NCBI RefSeq assembly: GCF_006345805.1
Contig: NC_043001.1
Location: forward strand, 49,228,001 to 49,292,000
Length of the DNA: 64,000 nucleotides
Origin: Octopus sinensis
Lineage: Eukaryota
Reading direction: 5' to 3'
The stretch's first letter is position 1. Every line of letters begins with the position of its first letter. Of the stretch, positions 40,823 to 52,419 are shown in pieces. The notes under the pieces are model-generated. The model made no database searches, had not been told where the DNA came from, and was given only the letters and a program-made list of their open reading frames with translations. The position numbers and the translations under genes are program-made.

Positions 40823-41118
40823 ATGAGTTTGTATGTCCATGTTTGTCCCCCCCCCCAACATCGCTCGACAGTCGATGCAGGTGTGTTTATGTCCCCGTCA
40901 CTTAGCGGTTCAGCGAAGAGACCGATAGAATAAGTACTGGGCTTACAAAGAATAAGTCCCGGGGTCGAGTTGCTCGATTAAAGGCGGTGCTCCAGCATGG
41001 CCGCAGTCAAAATGACTGAAACAAGTAAAAGAGTAAAAGAGTAAAAGAGTAAAGCACTTCAAAACGGTGCTTCTGTACGGCCACATTCCAATGACTGAAA
41101 CAAGTAAAAGATAAAAGA
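39895..41118 (+). mobile_element. Cluster of three family B SINEs; two young copies (40227-40630, 40647-41050) nested in an older one
   Basis: The older copy breaks at ~40226 and its 3' remainder resumes at ~41051. Confidence 0.75.
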
Positions 41119-41144
41119 ACCCTCCCCCTCCCTCCCCTCCTTCA

Positions 41145-41176
<32 letters not shown>

Positions 41177-41207
41177 ACAACACTCCACCACCACCACCAC
41201 CACCACC

Positions 41208-41296
<89 letters not shown>

Positions 41297-41330
41297 CGCT
41301 GCTGCTGCCGCTGCCGCTGCCAGCTCGCCG
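41145..41330. repeat. Compound (CTA)n(CCA)n(CTA)n(CTG)n microsatellite
   Basis: Direct reading. Confidence 0.95.
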
Positions 41331-41359
41331 CCTTTTTAGCAACATATATTCTTTTCTGT

Positions 41360-41739
41360 GGAGGTGCAATGGCCCAGTGGTTAGGGCAGCGGACTCGCGG
41401 TCATAGGATCGCGGTTTCGATTCCCAGACCGGGCGTTGTGAGTGTATTGAGCGAGAAAAATACCTAAAGCTCCACGAGCTCCGGCAGGGGATGGTGGTGA
41501 TCCCTGCTGTACTCTTTCACCCAACTTTCTCTCACTCTTACTTCCTGTTTCTGTTGTACCTGTATTTCAAAGGGCCGGCCTTGTCACCTCTGTGTCACGC
41601 TGAATATCCCCGAGAACTACGTTAAGGGTACACGTGTCTGTGGAGTGCTCAGCCACTTACACATTAATTTCACGAGCAGGCTGTTCCGTTGATTCGGATC
41701 AACCGGAACCCTCGTCGTCGTAACCGACGGAGTGCTTCC
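41360..41739 (+). mobile_element. SINE family A copy
   Basis: Colinear with 33143-33521. Confidence 0.85.
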
Positions 41740-41913
41740 CATATTCTTTTCTACTCTTGGCTTAAGGCCCGACATTTTTTGTGGGGAGGGGGCCAGTCGA
41801 TTAGATCGATCCCAGTACGCAACTGGTACTTAATTTATCGACCCCGAAAGGATTAAAGGCAAAGTCGACCACGACGGAATTTGAACTCAGAACGTAAAGA
41901 CAGACGAAATACC

Positions 41914-42145
41914 TATTTCTTTACTACCCACAAGGGGCTAAACACAGAGGGGACAAACAAGGACAGACAGAAGGATTAAGTGGATTATATCGACCCCAGT
42001 ACGCAACTGGTACTTAATTTATCGACCCCGAAAGGATGAAAGGCAAAGTCGACCTCGGCGGAATTTCAACTCAGAACGTAGCGGCAGACGAAATACGGCT
42101 ACGCATTTCACCCGGCGTGCTAACGTTTCTGCCAGTTCGCCTCCT
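41914..42145 (-). mobile_element. SINE family C copy
   Basis: Reverse complement of 45082-45311. Confidence 0.8.
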
Positions 42146-43382
42146 TGTTTAGTTACATATATTAAAACCGGAGAAGTGCATTAAATCACACTGCATATAT
42201 CATTCTATGTTTGATAGCTGTTAAAACTCTATTCTAGTTATACATTTTCTGTCTAGGTACTTCTTCTGAATGCTTCGTTGTAAATGTCGGATTTCTTTTT
42301 AAAAACACTTATTAGAAAACGAAATAGATTGTCAAAAGGATACATTTTAAACTAAATTGATAATAATGATTCGTAAGATTGTGAATTTATTAAAGCTTTT
42401 CATTTGTCTTCTGTATGATGCATATTGGTTAAATGTAACCTGAAAATTTGATGACTTTTAGATGCAATTTAAATGTAATAGAATAATTTAAATTTTTGAA
42501 AAAAAAAATGGGGGTTTTTGCGAAATCTATCAATAGTTTGAAGGTTCAAGTTACGGTTTAGTGACAGACAGTCGTCGTTATACCAAATGTTCTCAAGTTA
42601 CCAAATTTATCATTTTATGAAAGCTACTCTATGAAGCACGTGTAATTGCTGAATAGCCGATTTGACGGCAAGCAGATAAAACTGAAAACGTGAGGACATC
42701 TGATATCACACAATATTAATTTGTTTGTTGGCTTTTCAAGCTTTGAATAAAGCGTTGTAATATCGAAATATCAGCTTCATTCTATATGAAAACTTATTTA
42801 GGAAGATAGGTGGGATAATATTCTTTAAGTACTGCATATTTTTTTTATTTGATCATTTGATCATAGATCTACGCTTCCTGATTGCTTTATGTCGGTTACA
42901 AATGTTCATTCAGACAACGGGGCCATATATATATAAAAAAAAAAAATGCAAGCGGAAGAGAACAAATTGTTGCTAGAAAGCCTCAGCAACATGAGAGAGG
43001 AGGAAATGCTAAATCAATGAATTATTATTATATTATAGCTACGAAGTTGGCGAGCGCATCGGATTTACTGCTTATCGGCATTTCTTCCAGCTCTTTACAT
43101 TCTGAGTTCAAATTCTGCCGAGGTCGAATTCGCCTTTCAACATTTTGGGATCGATTAAAGAAGTACCAGTTAAGCACTGGGGTTGATATAATCGACTAGC
43201 TCCTTCCCCTCAAATCTGCTGGCATTGTGACAACATTCGAAACCATTATATCATAGCAACCTGTGGTCTCACAAAATTTTCATCGTGTAAACGGAGATGA
43301 TGTTGCTTAGCACCTGTGCATCTTCTTCTGTAGGACGCCTGTTTAAGAATAATTTCCAGTTTTAATATATGTAACTAAACAA

Positions 43383-43612
43383 GGTGGCGACCTGGCAGAA
43401 ATGTTAGCACGCGGGCAAAATGTTTCATGGTATTTCGTTTGCCGGTACGTTCTGAGTTCAAATTCCGCCGAGGTCGACTTTGCTTTTCATCCTTTCGGGG
43501 TTGATAAATTAAGTACCAGTTACGCACTGGGGTCGATATAATCGACTTAATCCGTCGGTCTGTCCTTGTTTGTCCTCTCTATGTTTAGCCCCTTGTGGGT
43601 AGTAAAGAAATA
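43383..43612 (+). mobile_element. SINE family C copy, followed by a partial second monomer
   Basis: Colinear with 45082-45311. Confidence 0.8.
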
Positions 43613-44359
43613 GAAATAGGTATTTCGTCTTTCTTTATGTTCTGAGTACAAATTTCGCCGAGGTCGACTTTGCTTTTCATCCTTTCGGAGTCGATAAATT
43701 AAATACCAGTTGCGTACTAATCGATTGGCCCCCTCCCCCCAAAGGGTAGAGAAGTTGGATCTCTGCGTTTCATGTTTATCTGCTCCTATCTATGTGTGAT
43801 AGTGATGGGAGTCACGTCAATTCTTAAACCACGACTATCTATCTATCTATCTATTTGTAGTGACGTCATTCTTCAGTGTGCGTGTGCGGGGCTGGAACCT
43901 TCTGGAAAGGCCTAAGGAAGTTCCCTGATGCACATGCGCTAAAAAACTGGGGACGAGAATTCTATGGCGTTCGTTGAAGAGAGAAGTGTTTCAACGTGTT
44001 ATCAGCCTATTCTCCTGTCCCAGACGCTTGGGATTTGACCGGCTCTGTTGCTGCTGGATTTGTTGTGAAGTTTATCTTTACAAATGTTTAACTTCAGTCT
44101 TGCTGTACCTACACCAAGTGGTTACCAATTTACCAACGTACCTTCTTTATGTAAATAACGAAATAAAGTGTCATATTTTTTAAGGTTGCTTTCTTGTTCC
44201 TGACACCGGTAGTTTCTGGAAACAAAGAAGGAAATTGTGTTGCGCCCAAACAGTATAAAAGACACAACCTGTTCCAGACAGTTCCTTTACAGATGTTTTT
44301 ATGCATGCATGTATGTATGCATGCTTTTTCTTTGAGCTGTATTTAAGTTCTTCTTAAGA

Positions 44360-44880
44360 GAGTTCAAGTCAGTCGTTAACAAAGACAAGACATTCTGAGC
44401 TAAGAGAGTTCCCAGTGTTTGTAAATATGTGGTTGAGTTGGTGTGTTGGTTGAGCTGTTTATCCCCGAGGATAAAGAAATAAGAACCCACAGTATGGTGG
44501 AAGCCATAGCCACTCATTATAAAAAAAAGGGAGTAGTGGTGGAATGTCCCAGTGAAAACTTCAACAAAATAATTAAAAAATAGACCTGATATTATGATTT
44601 GGGATAGAGACGAGAAACTGCGTACAGTTGTGGAAATCAGCTGCCCAGCGGATGATGGTTGAGCTGTATGCATCTTTTCACTGGAAGAATCTCAGATGGA
44701 GAATCTTTGGAATGTTTTGCAAGTCTACACTGTGCTGCTAATTAATTGGATTTGGAGAATCCACATCAGTTTCTTTTGCTCTTTCTTCGAAAAAACCTAG
44801 ATTTTCTAAGTTTTTGTGCAAATTTGTAAGTAAATAGGTCAATGCACCTACGATGATAGGTACAGAACAAACAATGTCAG
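44360..44880 (-). mobile_element. Second copy of the RLE-type LINE 3' end
   Basis: Nucleotide similarity to 3130-3480, e.g. taagagagttcccagtg..tgtaaatatgtggttg.gttggtgtg. Confidence 0.5.
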
Positions 44881-45081
44881 GTCTATCAGTATTCCTTATT
44901 TTCAAAGGTATGAATACATGCTGGTTCTGGCATGCCTTTGATGTATACGTCAGGGTAATCCTTCATATGGATAACATTGTAGTCTTTGCAACTCTATCAT
45001 GGCTCAAGGGTAGTAGTATATCGTAGACATTTTGGGCGGCTGCTGATGATGTGGGTGATATCTTCCATTCTGGTATAATAT

Positions 45082-45311
45082 GCGACGAGTTGGCAGAAAC
45101 GTTAGCACGCCGGGCGAAATGCTTAGCAATATTTCGTCTGCCGTTACGTTCTGAGTTCAAATTCCGCCGAGGTCGACTTTGCCTTTCATCCTTTCGGGGT
45201 CGATTAAATAAGTACCAGTTACGCACTGGGGTCGATGTAATCGACTTAATCCCTTTGTCTGTCCTTGTTTGTCCTCTTTGTGTTTAGCCCCTTGCGGGTA
45301 GTAAAGAAATA
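45082..45311 (+). mobile_element. tRNA-related SINE, family C (my label; cctttcatcctttcggggtcgat core, tail gccccttgygggtagtaaagaaata)
   Basis: Box B gagttcaaattcc; copies at 43383-43612, 41914-42145 (-), 29279-29445 (-) and many partials. Confidence 0.8.
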
Positions 45312-46046
45312 GGTATAACAGAGCCGACATTTTTTATCATTCTTTCTCTCGTTTATCAGGTATTTAGTAACTATCTCCTGTTCCTGGATAGCGATCCATA
45401 TTCTTCTAGGTGGGATGTAATGTATCTATCACAGATCCAGAAGAGGCTACGGGTTATGTACCCCTGCATTGCTTTTTGCTAGTATGATACCTGCTTCTCC
45501 TCCAAGCTTTTGTTCAGGTTGACCAATTCAACTTCCTTTGGGTCGCATAAGTACCTACTCAGTAGTTCTCCAAGTCTGAAGGCCCTGACTTTTGAATGTG
45601 TGTGGAACAACCTCATTTCTTTCTTTACAGTCATATATTCCTCTCCTCTCCTCCCTCTCTGCTCCCTGTTTCTCTTTCCTACTGCTGTTACGTGACCCGT
45701 GGTCGTCGTCATTTTTCATTCTCCTTTCCTTTTCACGCCGACCGCTGATGCGACTGGTCGTATTTTCTCTCGTTCCCACTTTCAACATGTTTCGCCGCCT
45801 CTCTGTTGTCTGTTTCTAAAACTTTGGGATATTCCTCCTGGCGTTAACCATATTTTCGTCTCCTGTCTGGCCCTAAGTCCGTATTCTGTTTATTCATTTC
45901 AGTTCGTTCGTATGTCCACATTTCGTCTTGTTTGTTTTCGTCTTTGTTCCTCGTCCGTCCACTAATGGTCCCGTCTTGAATCACATATATTTCATATTTG
46001 TATGTTCATGTTCTATATTGCGTATTTGTTTATTTCTTGTTTGTTT

Positions 46047-46280
46047 ACTCTTTACTCTTTTACTCTTTTACTTGATTCAGTCATTTGACTGCGGCCATGC
46101 TGGAGCACCGCCTTTAGTCGAGCAAATCGACCCCGGGACTTATTCTTTGTAAGCCCAGTACTTATTCTATCGGTCTGTTTTGCCGAACCGCTAAGTGACG
46201 GGGACGTAAACACACCAGCATCGGTTGTCAAGCAATGCTAGGGGGACAAACACAGACACACAAACATATACACACACACT

Positions 46281-46331
<51 letters not shown>

Positions 46332-46514
46332 ATATATATATACATATATACGACAGGCTTCTTTCAGTTTCCGTCTACCAAATCCACTCACAAGGCATTG
46401 GTCGGCCCGGAGCTATAGCAGAAGACACTTGCCCAAGATGCCACGCAGTGGGACTGAACCCGGAACCATGTGGTTGGTTAGCAAGCTACTTACCACACAG
46501 CCACTCCTGCGCCT
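46047..46514 (-). mobile_element. SINE family B copy
   Basis: Near-identical to 955-1354. Confidence 0.85.
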
Positions 46515-46865
46515 GTTTGTTCACTTTCTGTCATGTTTGGTCTCTTATTCGTTGGCTTGCCATTTCCCGCTGTCTTCTTGCCGTCGGTGCCACCAGAGGG
46601 GAATAGTATTATAGTTTGAAGGCGCGAAATTGTGTTGATCCTAGAGGATTTGTTGACCAGCTGCATCTGTTTTCTGTTTGTGCATTTATTTTACGTTTTT
46701 TAACTTTTACGCACGCACACACACACACACACACACACACATGAAGTAAATAGCCCAAGAGTTTTCTAAATACGCAGTTGAATTTTTAGTAAATGTACTT
46801 TTACTATGTCAGAAATATTAAATTTCTAAATCTCTCATAGAGATATGTACGGTGGTGGGGCGATA

Positions 46866-47129
46866 GAGTGGTTGTATACTGTCAACTTAACGTGACAGTA
46901 GGGGATTACACCACCGCTGTTTAGCCCTAGGAAGCATCGACGTTTCCTGTCGGCTTCGACACATTTCCTGTGTCCTTATATATTTACGAAGGGGAGACAA
47001 ATACCCCCAACAGCTAGGCCTACGAGTGAATTTGTCTCCCCTTCGTAAATATATAAGGACACAGGAAATGTGTAACAAATGTGGTGTAATCCCCTACTGT
47101 CACGTTAAGTTGACAGTATACAACCACTC
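46866..47129. mobile_element. TA-flanked foldback MITE with two nested perfect inverted repeats
   Basis: 48-bp perfect arms (46866-46913 / 47082-47129), 44-bp perfect arms (46959-47002 / 47030-47073), 27-nt loop, TA on both flanks. Confidence 0.85.
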
Positions 47130-48464
47130 TACTTTTACTATATTTTTTATGTAACATTATAATAAAGATTAATGAAAATGTAGTAATATTCAACAGTTTA
47201 TAAGCGAAAGATTATGATTTAGTGCAGTAAAAATAAGAAGGGGGAAAATAATACAGTTTTACACATTTATTTCTTTGGAAAAATACTTGTCTAGAACCGC
47301 ACTCTTTTCTTTCTTTTTTCTTTGCGTACATTTGCATGTAACACCAATCAATGCTTTCCTTCAGATTTTCAATAAACGGTTCGAAATCAATTATTAATAG
47401 CTTGCACTTTTTAAATTCCTATAACAATTCTACAAAATGCTGTTACTGTAATTTCGTTCATTTGTTATTCACTTTCATCAGCATTTTGACTGTACCTCTT
47501 CTTCGCTATGTACGCTGTTGATTCAAATCAAGAGTTCAGGATCAGCTAATTAATCGGAATGTGATATAAGCAGACCACGAATAATTCTATTATCTATTTC
47601 AGTGAAAACAAACTCTTTTGCTGTGTTTGTCGTTTCTTCAGTAATTTCTTCTTATTTTGGAAGGTTAGTCGAATTATTATCAGAATGCACTAAAATATTT
47701 CCAAAGTGCACCCATGTTGCTTTTGTTAGTATCCTCATGCAGTGGCGTTATGTGAGATGTGTGGAGCCTAGTATTGGGTGTTTAGAGCGTGTTGACCTCA
47801 CAAAGCGGCCAAATTATATGCGTGTATTTACTATAGTTGAAGTGTGTTTACTATGTTATATTGAAGGACGTTGGCAGTCAATTTGGCTACTGCAAAGACG
47901 GCCAAAATCTATACTACACCACATGATTCATAAATATATATATTCAGTGACATCTTTTATATCGAATTGTTTCCAAAATACTCCGATGAAATTTCAATTT
48001 CTCCGGTAGTAACTTTAACTGTCTGGGAAAAGAGTCTTGTTAAGAAGCAAGCATTGAAAATAGCAGTAACCCCTAAGTTCATGGACCACAGAAGGATTGC
48101 TGCGTTCAAAGACAAAGATATGGTTTTCGCATTTTTGTACGGGTTCCTAAGTATAGAAGGATGATTAGGGAGTATTGTTTAAAATTAGTAAATATGGGTC
48201 ATTTTACAATCCTTTGTACGGTTGTGCAAAAATAAGTTGAAACTTAATCTTTAAAAAGTGTTTTGAGTCCAGATGCTTTCTTGTTAGAGTATCAAAGAAT
48301 TCAGGGCCCTAGTATTCTGTATGCCATAATACATAGGCAAAGGTTTTAATCTAAAGTCTCTATACGTATTTCCTCCTAAAAGAAGTGTTAAATGGTCTTT
48401 CTACACTTTAAATCCGTATTACTAGTGTAGCAATATCGTCTCTCAGTGCTATCTTCACTGTTTG

Positions 48465-48700
48465 AGAAATGTATTAAGAATAACCTCGGTCGAGATTACA
48501 AACATCTTTGGCTAGTTCAACATTGTTGTAAACGCTAATTCGATTGGTTGACACGTTGGTCTCTACTACGCTCGCACCGCTGGTTATAACTTGGCGCGAT
48601 TTGCCTCCGTATTTTCGCGCCATAGTGCCAAGCAGCCAATCACAGCTTTCCATTTCTGAAGTTCACTGGGAGCCTGGTGAACCTTATATACTCTCTGTGT
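48465..48700 (+). promoter_or_regulatory. Left arm of ~210-bp inverted repeat; putative Pol II promoter facing into the array (antisense to ORF1)
   Basis: ATTGG 48543-48547, GGCGCG ~48593, E2F consensus TTTCGCGC 48613-48620, CCAAT 48636-48640, TATATA 48685-48690; reverse complement of 54162-54372. Confidence 0.55.
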
Positions 48701-48738
48701 GGTCAGAGGTTCGCCCTGAGAAGGACTGGAAACCTAAG

Positions 48739-50578
48739 TATTTCTTTATTACCCACAAAGGGGCCACGAAGAGGGGGACATTACAAGACGGGACATGGGG
48801 TACATAAAGTAAAAATAAAATATGAAGTAAAGATGAATTATATGTAATGAGATGGAACGGCTTACGAACCCCCAACTCGCAGTTCCGTTTAAAATACAAT
48901 TGTACATTTCACAATTACATATATTCCAGTTCAAAATACAATTTTACAGTTACATATATTCCAGTTCAAAGTACAATAATTTTACAATTTACATTTTAAC
49001 ATTACATATATTCCTGTTCAAAATACAACTTTACATCTTACAATTTTACAATTAACAATTTTACTTTTTAACCTTACATATATTCTAATTCTTTTATATT
49101 GGACGTTCGTCCGTCATATATTCTAATAGGTCCATTTGGTCTATTACATTTGGTAAATTGTCATACCGTACATAATGCGTTATATGAATAGCATTAAATA
49201 TCTTTTTTAATTTTGTGTATGTTTCTTTTTCTATAATTGCGCCTTTTACATCGTCACCATACAGTTTTGGGTTCACCTTCACCCTGACCAACCCTTTCCT
49301 ACCTGCAAGTCTCTTTTCCACTTCTGTATTCTTGATATACATCACAACTGCTTTCAGGTTTTTTCCTGTAGGCCTTCTTCCATATTTACACGATTCCAAC
49401 TGTTCGTTCACTTTTGTCTCCCATTCTTGTTCAAACTCTGTCCTTGGCCGCTCTCTCGCCTTCTCTTTTACTTCCTGTTCTTTGCATGTTCTCTCTTCTT
49501 TTTCTTCTGTTATCTTGCTTTCGATTTTTTTCTTTTTTAGATCTTTCGGTGGTGATTCCACCCTTGTTCTCTTCCTATCTTCTGTTCTTTCCTCTTCTGC
49601 ACTTGCTCGTTCTTCTCCCGTATCCTCATTTAGCTGCTCCTCCATTCGTGCCTCCTCCGCTTTCGCTTCCTCCTGCACTTCTCCCTCCTCCACACACGCA
49701 TCTTTACACTCCTCTATTACAGCCTCCGGTGCTTTTGTTTTTTCCCGCGGGCACACATCCTTCATGTGGCCCCTCGATTTACAATTATAGCAGATTGGGG
49801 GTCTTCCCTCTACCACAACTCTAAGCCGTGTCTCATCAGGGTAGACCAACTCCTCCGGGATGTTGTACAGGTCTCGCACGGTTATGTGTGCCAGAACCTG
49901 CACCGTATATCCCCACCACTTAACCTCTGCTGACTTCTCCACCTTCAACACCTCCACACTATCCTTGCAGTTGAAAAGTACTGCCACCAGCAACCTCTCC
50001 ATATTAAATTCGGGCGAAATTCTATTGATTCTCATCCTCACTGCCCTCCTTCCGCAGTAACTTGGTAGTAAAGTCCACTTATCCGATTTCAAAATTCTTG
50101 TTGCATTCTTTTTTGCTTCATTTTCTGTTTCAAAATATACCACCACCGTGGCATATTTCCTTCCTCTTTTGAAAAATGTGGGTTCACCCTCAATTTCCTT
50201 CAGACACTTTTCTACTTCTTCCATTTCTGCTACTTCAATTTTTAGACTCCACACACCATGTCCTGTACGTTATCGTACGCTTCTCCGCGTTGCTTTCCTC
50301 CTCCTCGGACGGTGTGACTCTCACGCAGTCACCCTCCCTCTTCAAACTGTCGAAATGCTTTTGTAAAGTCTTCTGTTCGCCCACCACTTCCTCCATTTCC
50401 AGTTCACCGGCAACTAGGCCTCCGCCTGCCGCTCGCGCGTAAGTCTGCTCTTGCATTTTCAAGAATCTCAAGAAAAAAAAACTATTCCACGTCCTCCAAC
50501 GAACTCGAACTCACAACCTCTTCACAATGACGCACTCGAAACAAACACACCAGAATAACTCCAAATAACTCACTCAAA
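48739..50578 (-). mobile_element. ORF1-only (HAL1-like) Tx1/L1-type non-autonomous retroelement, unit 1 (1840 bp)
   Basis: Short 5' leader, gag-like ORF1, AT-rich 3' UTR, AATAAA tail (plus-strand tttatt 48745-48750), no ORF2; bounded by 15-bp direct repeats. Confidence 0.75.
49094..50456 (-). CDS. Tx1/L1-type ORF1 (gag-like nucleic-acid-binding) protein, ~454 aa after correcting one frameshift near 50240
   Basis: MQEQTYARAA N-terminus, RRM-like central region, CCHC knuckle GRPPICYNCKSRGHMKDVC, E/K-rich linker, basic C-terminal domain. Frameshift lies in a T homopolymer (5 T vs 7 T in unit 2). Confidence 0.72.
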
Positions 50579-50593
50579 GACTGGAAACCTAAG

Positions 50594-52404
50594 TATTTCT
50601 TTATTACCCACAAAGGGGCCACGAAGAGGGGGACATTACAAGACGGGACATGGGGTACATAAAGTAAAAATAAAATATGAAGTAAAGATGAATTATATGT
50701 AATGAGATGGAACTGCTTACGAACCCCCAACTCGCAGTTCCGTTTAAAATACAATTTCACAATTACATATATTCCAGTTCAAAATACAATTTTACAGTTA
50801 CATATATTCCAGTTCAAAGTACAATAATTTTACAATTTACATTTTAACATTACATATATTCCTGTTCAAAATACAACTTTACATCTTACAATTTTACAAT
50901 TAGCAATTTTACTTTTTAACCTTACATATATTCTAATTCTTTTATATTGGACGTTCGTCCGTCATATATTCTAATAGGTCCATTTGGTCTATTACATTTG
51001 GTAAATTGTCATACCGTACATAATGCGTTATATGAATAGCATTAAATATCTTTTTTAATTTTGTGTATGTTTCTTTTTCTATAATTGCGCCTTTTACATC
51101 GTCGCCATACAGTTTTGGGTTCACCTTCACCCTGACCAACCCTTTCCTACCTGCAAGTCTCTTTTCCACTTCTGTATTCTTGATATACATCACAACTGCT
51201 TTCAGGTTTTTTCCTGTAGGCCTTCTTCCATATTTACACGATTCCAACTGTTCGTTCACTTTTGTCTCCCATTCTTGTTCAAACTCTGTCCTTGGCCGCT
51301 CTCTCGCCTTCTCTTTTACTTCCTGTTCTTTGAATGTTCTCTCTTCTCTCTCTTCTGCTATCTTGCTTTTGATTTTTTTTCTTTTTTAGATCTTTCGGTG
51401 GTGATTCCACCCTTGATCTCTTCCTATCTTCTGTTTTTTCCTCTTCTGCACTTGCTCGTTCTTCCTCATTTAACTGCTCCTCCATTCGTGCTTCCTCCGC
51501 TTTCGCTTCCTCCACACACGCATCTTTACACTCCTCTATTACAACCTCCGGTGCTTTTGTTTTTTCCCGCGGGCACACATCCTTCATGTGGCCCCTCGAT
51601 TTACAATTATAACAGATTGGGGGTCTTCCCTCTACCACAATTCTGAGCCGTGTCTCGTCAGGGTAGACCAACTCCTCCGGGATGTTGTACAGGTCTCGCA
51701 CGGTTATGTGTGCCAGAACCTGCACCGTATATCCCCACCACTTAACCTCTGCTGACTTCTCCACCTTCAATACCTCCACATTATCCTTGCAGTTAAACAG
51801 CACTGCCGCCAGCAACCTCTCTATATTAAATTCGGGTGAAATTCTATTGATTCTCATCCTCACTGCCCTCCTTCCGCAGTAACTTGGTAGTAAAATCCAC
51901 TTATCCGATTTCAAAATTCTTGTTGCATTCTTTTTTGCTTCATTTTCTGTTTCAAAATATACCACCACCGTGGCATATTTCCTTCCTCTTTTGAAAAATG
52001 TGGGTTCACCCTCAATTTCCTTCAGACACTTTTCTACTTCTTCCATTTCTGCTACTTCAATTTTTTTCGACTCCACACACCACGTCCTGTACGTTATCGT
52101 ACGCTTCTCCGCGCTGCTTTCCTCCTCCTCGGACGGTGTGACTCTCACGCAGTCACCCTCCCTCTTCAAACTGTCGAAGTACTTTTGTAAAGTCTTCTGT
52201 TCGACCACCACTTCCTCCATTTCCAGTTCACTGGCAACCAGGCCTCTGCCTGCCGCTCGCGCGTAAGTCTGCTCTTGCATTTTCAAGAATCTCAGGAAAA
52301 AAAAAAACTATTCCACGTCCTCCAACGAACTCGAACTCACAACCTCTTCACAATGACGCACTCGAAACAAACACACCAGAACAACTCCAAATAACTCACT
52401 CAAA
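50594..52404 (-). mobile_element. ORF1-only Tx1/L1-type retroelement, unit 2 (1811 bp)
   Basis: Colinear with unit 1; 3' portion nearly identical to unit 1; bounded by 15-bp direct repeats. Confidence 0.75.
50942..52280 (-). CDS. Tx1/L1-type ORF1 protein, ~445 aa after correcting one +1 homopolymer frameshift near 51375
   Basis: ORFs 51279-52286 and 50942-51259 join if one T is removed from an 8-T run (7 T in units 1 and 3); same CCHC knuckle. Confidence 0.72.
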
Positions 52405-52419
52405 GACTGGAGGCCTAAG

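Noticed and set aside
43795-44205. Possible solo LTR (AATAAA near end, ends in TGACA)
   Set aside because: No matching TSD or clear TG start found and no second copy in the window.
47430-47490. Minus-strand CTGATGA...GAAA near the left flank of the array
   Set aside because: No UH cleavage site in register and helix II closing pair is A-C.
49215-49824. Plus-strand ORFs antisense to the ORF1 units (191 aa, 136 aa and equivalents in units 2-3)
   Set aside because: Shadow ORFs of a purine-rich coding strand; no independent motif.
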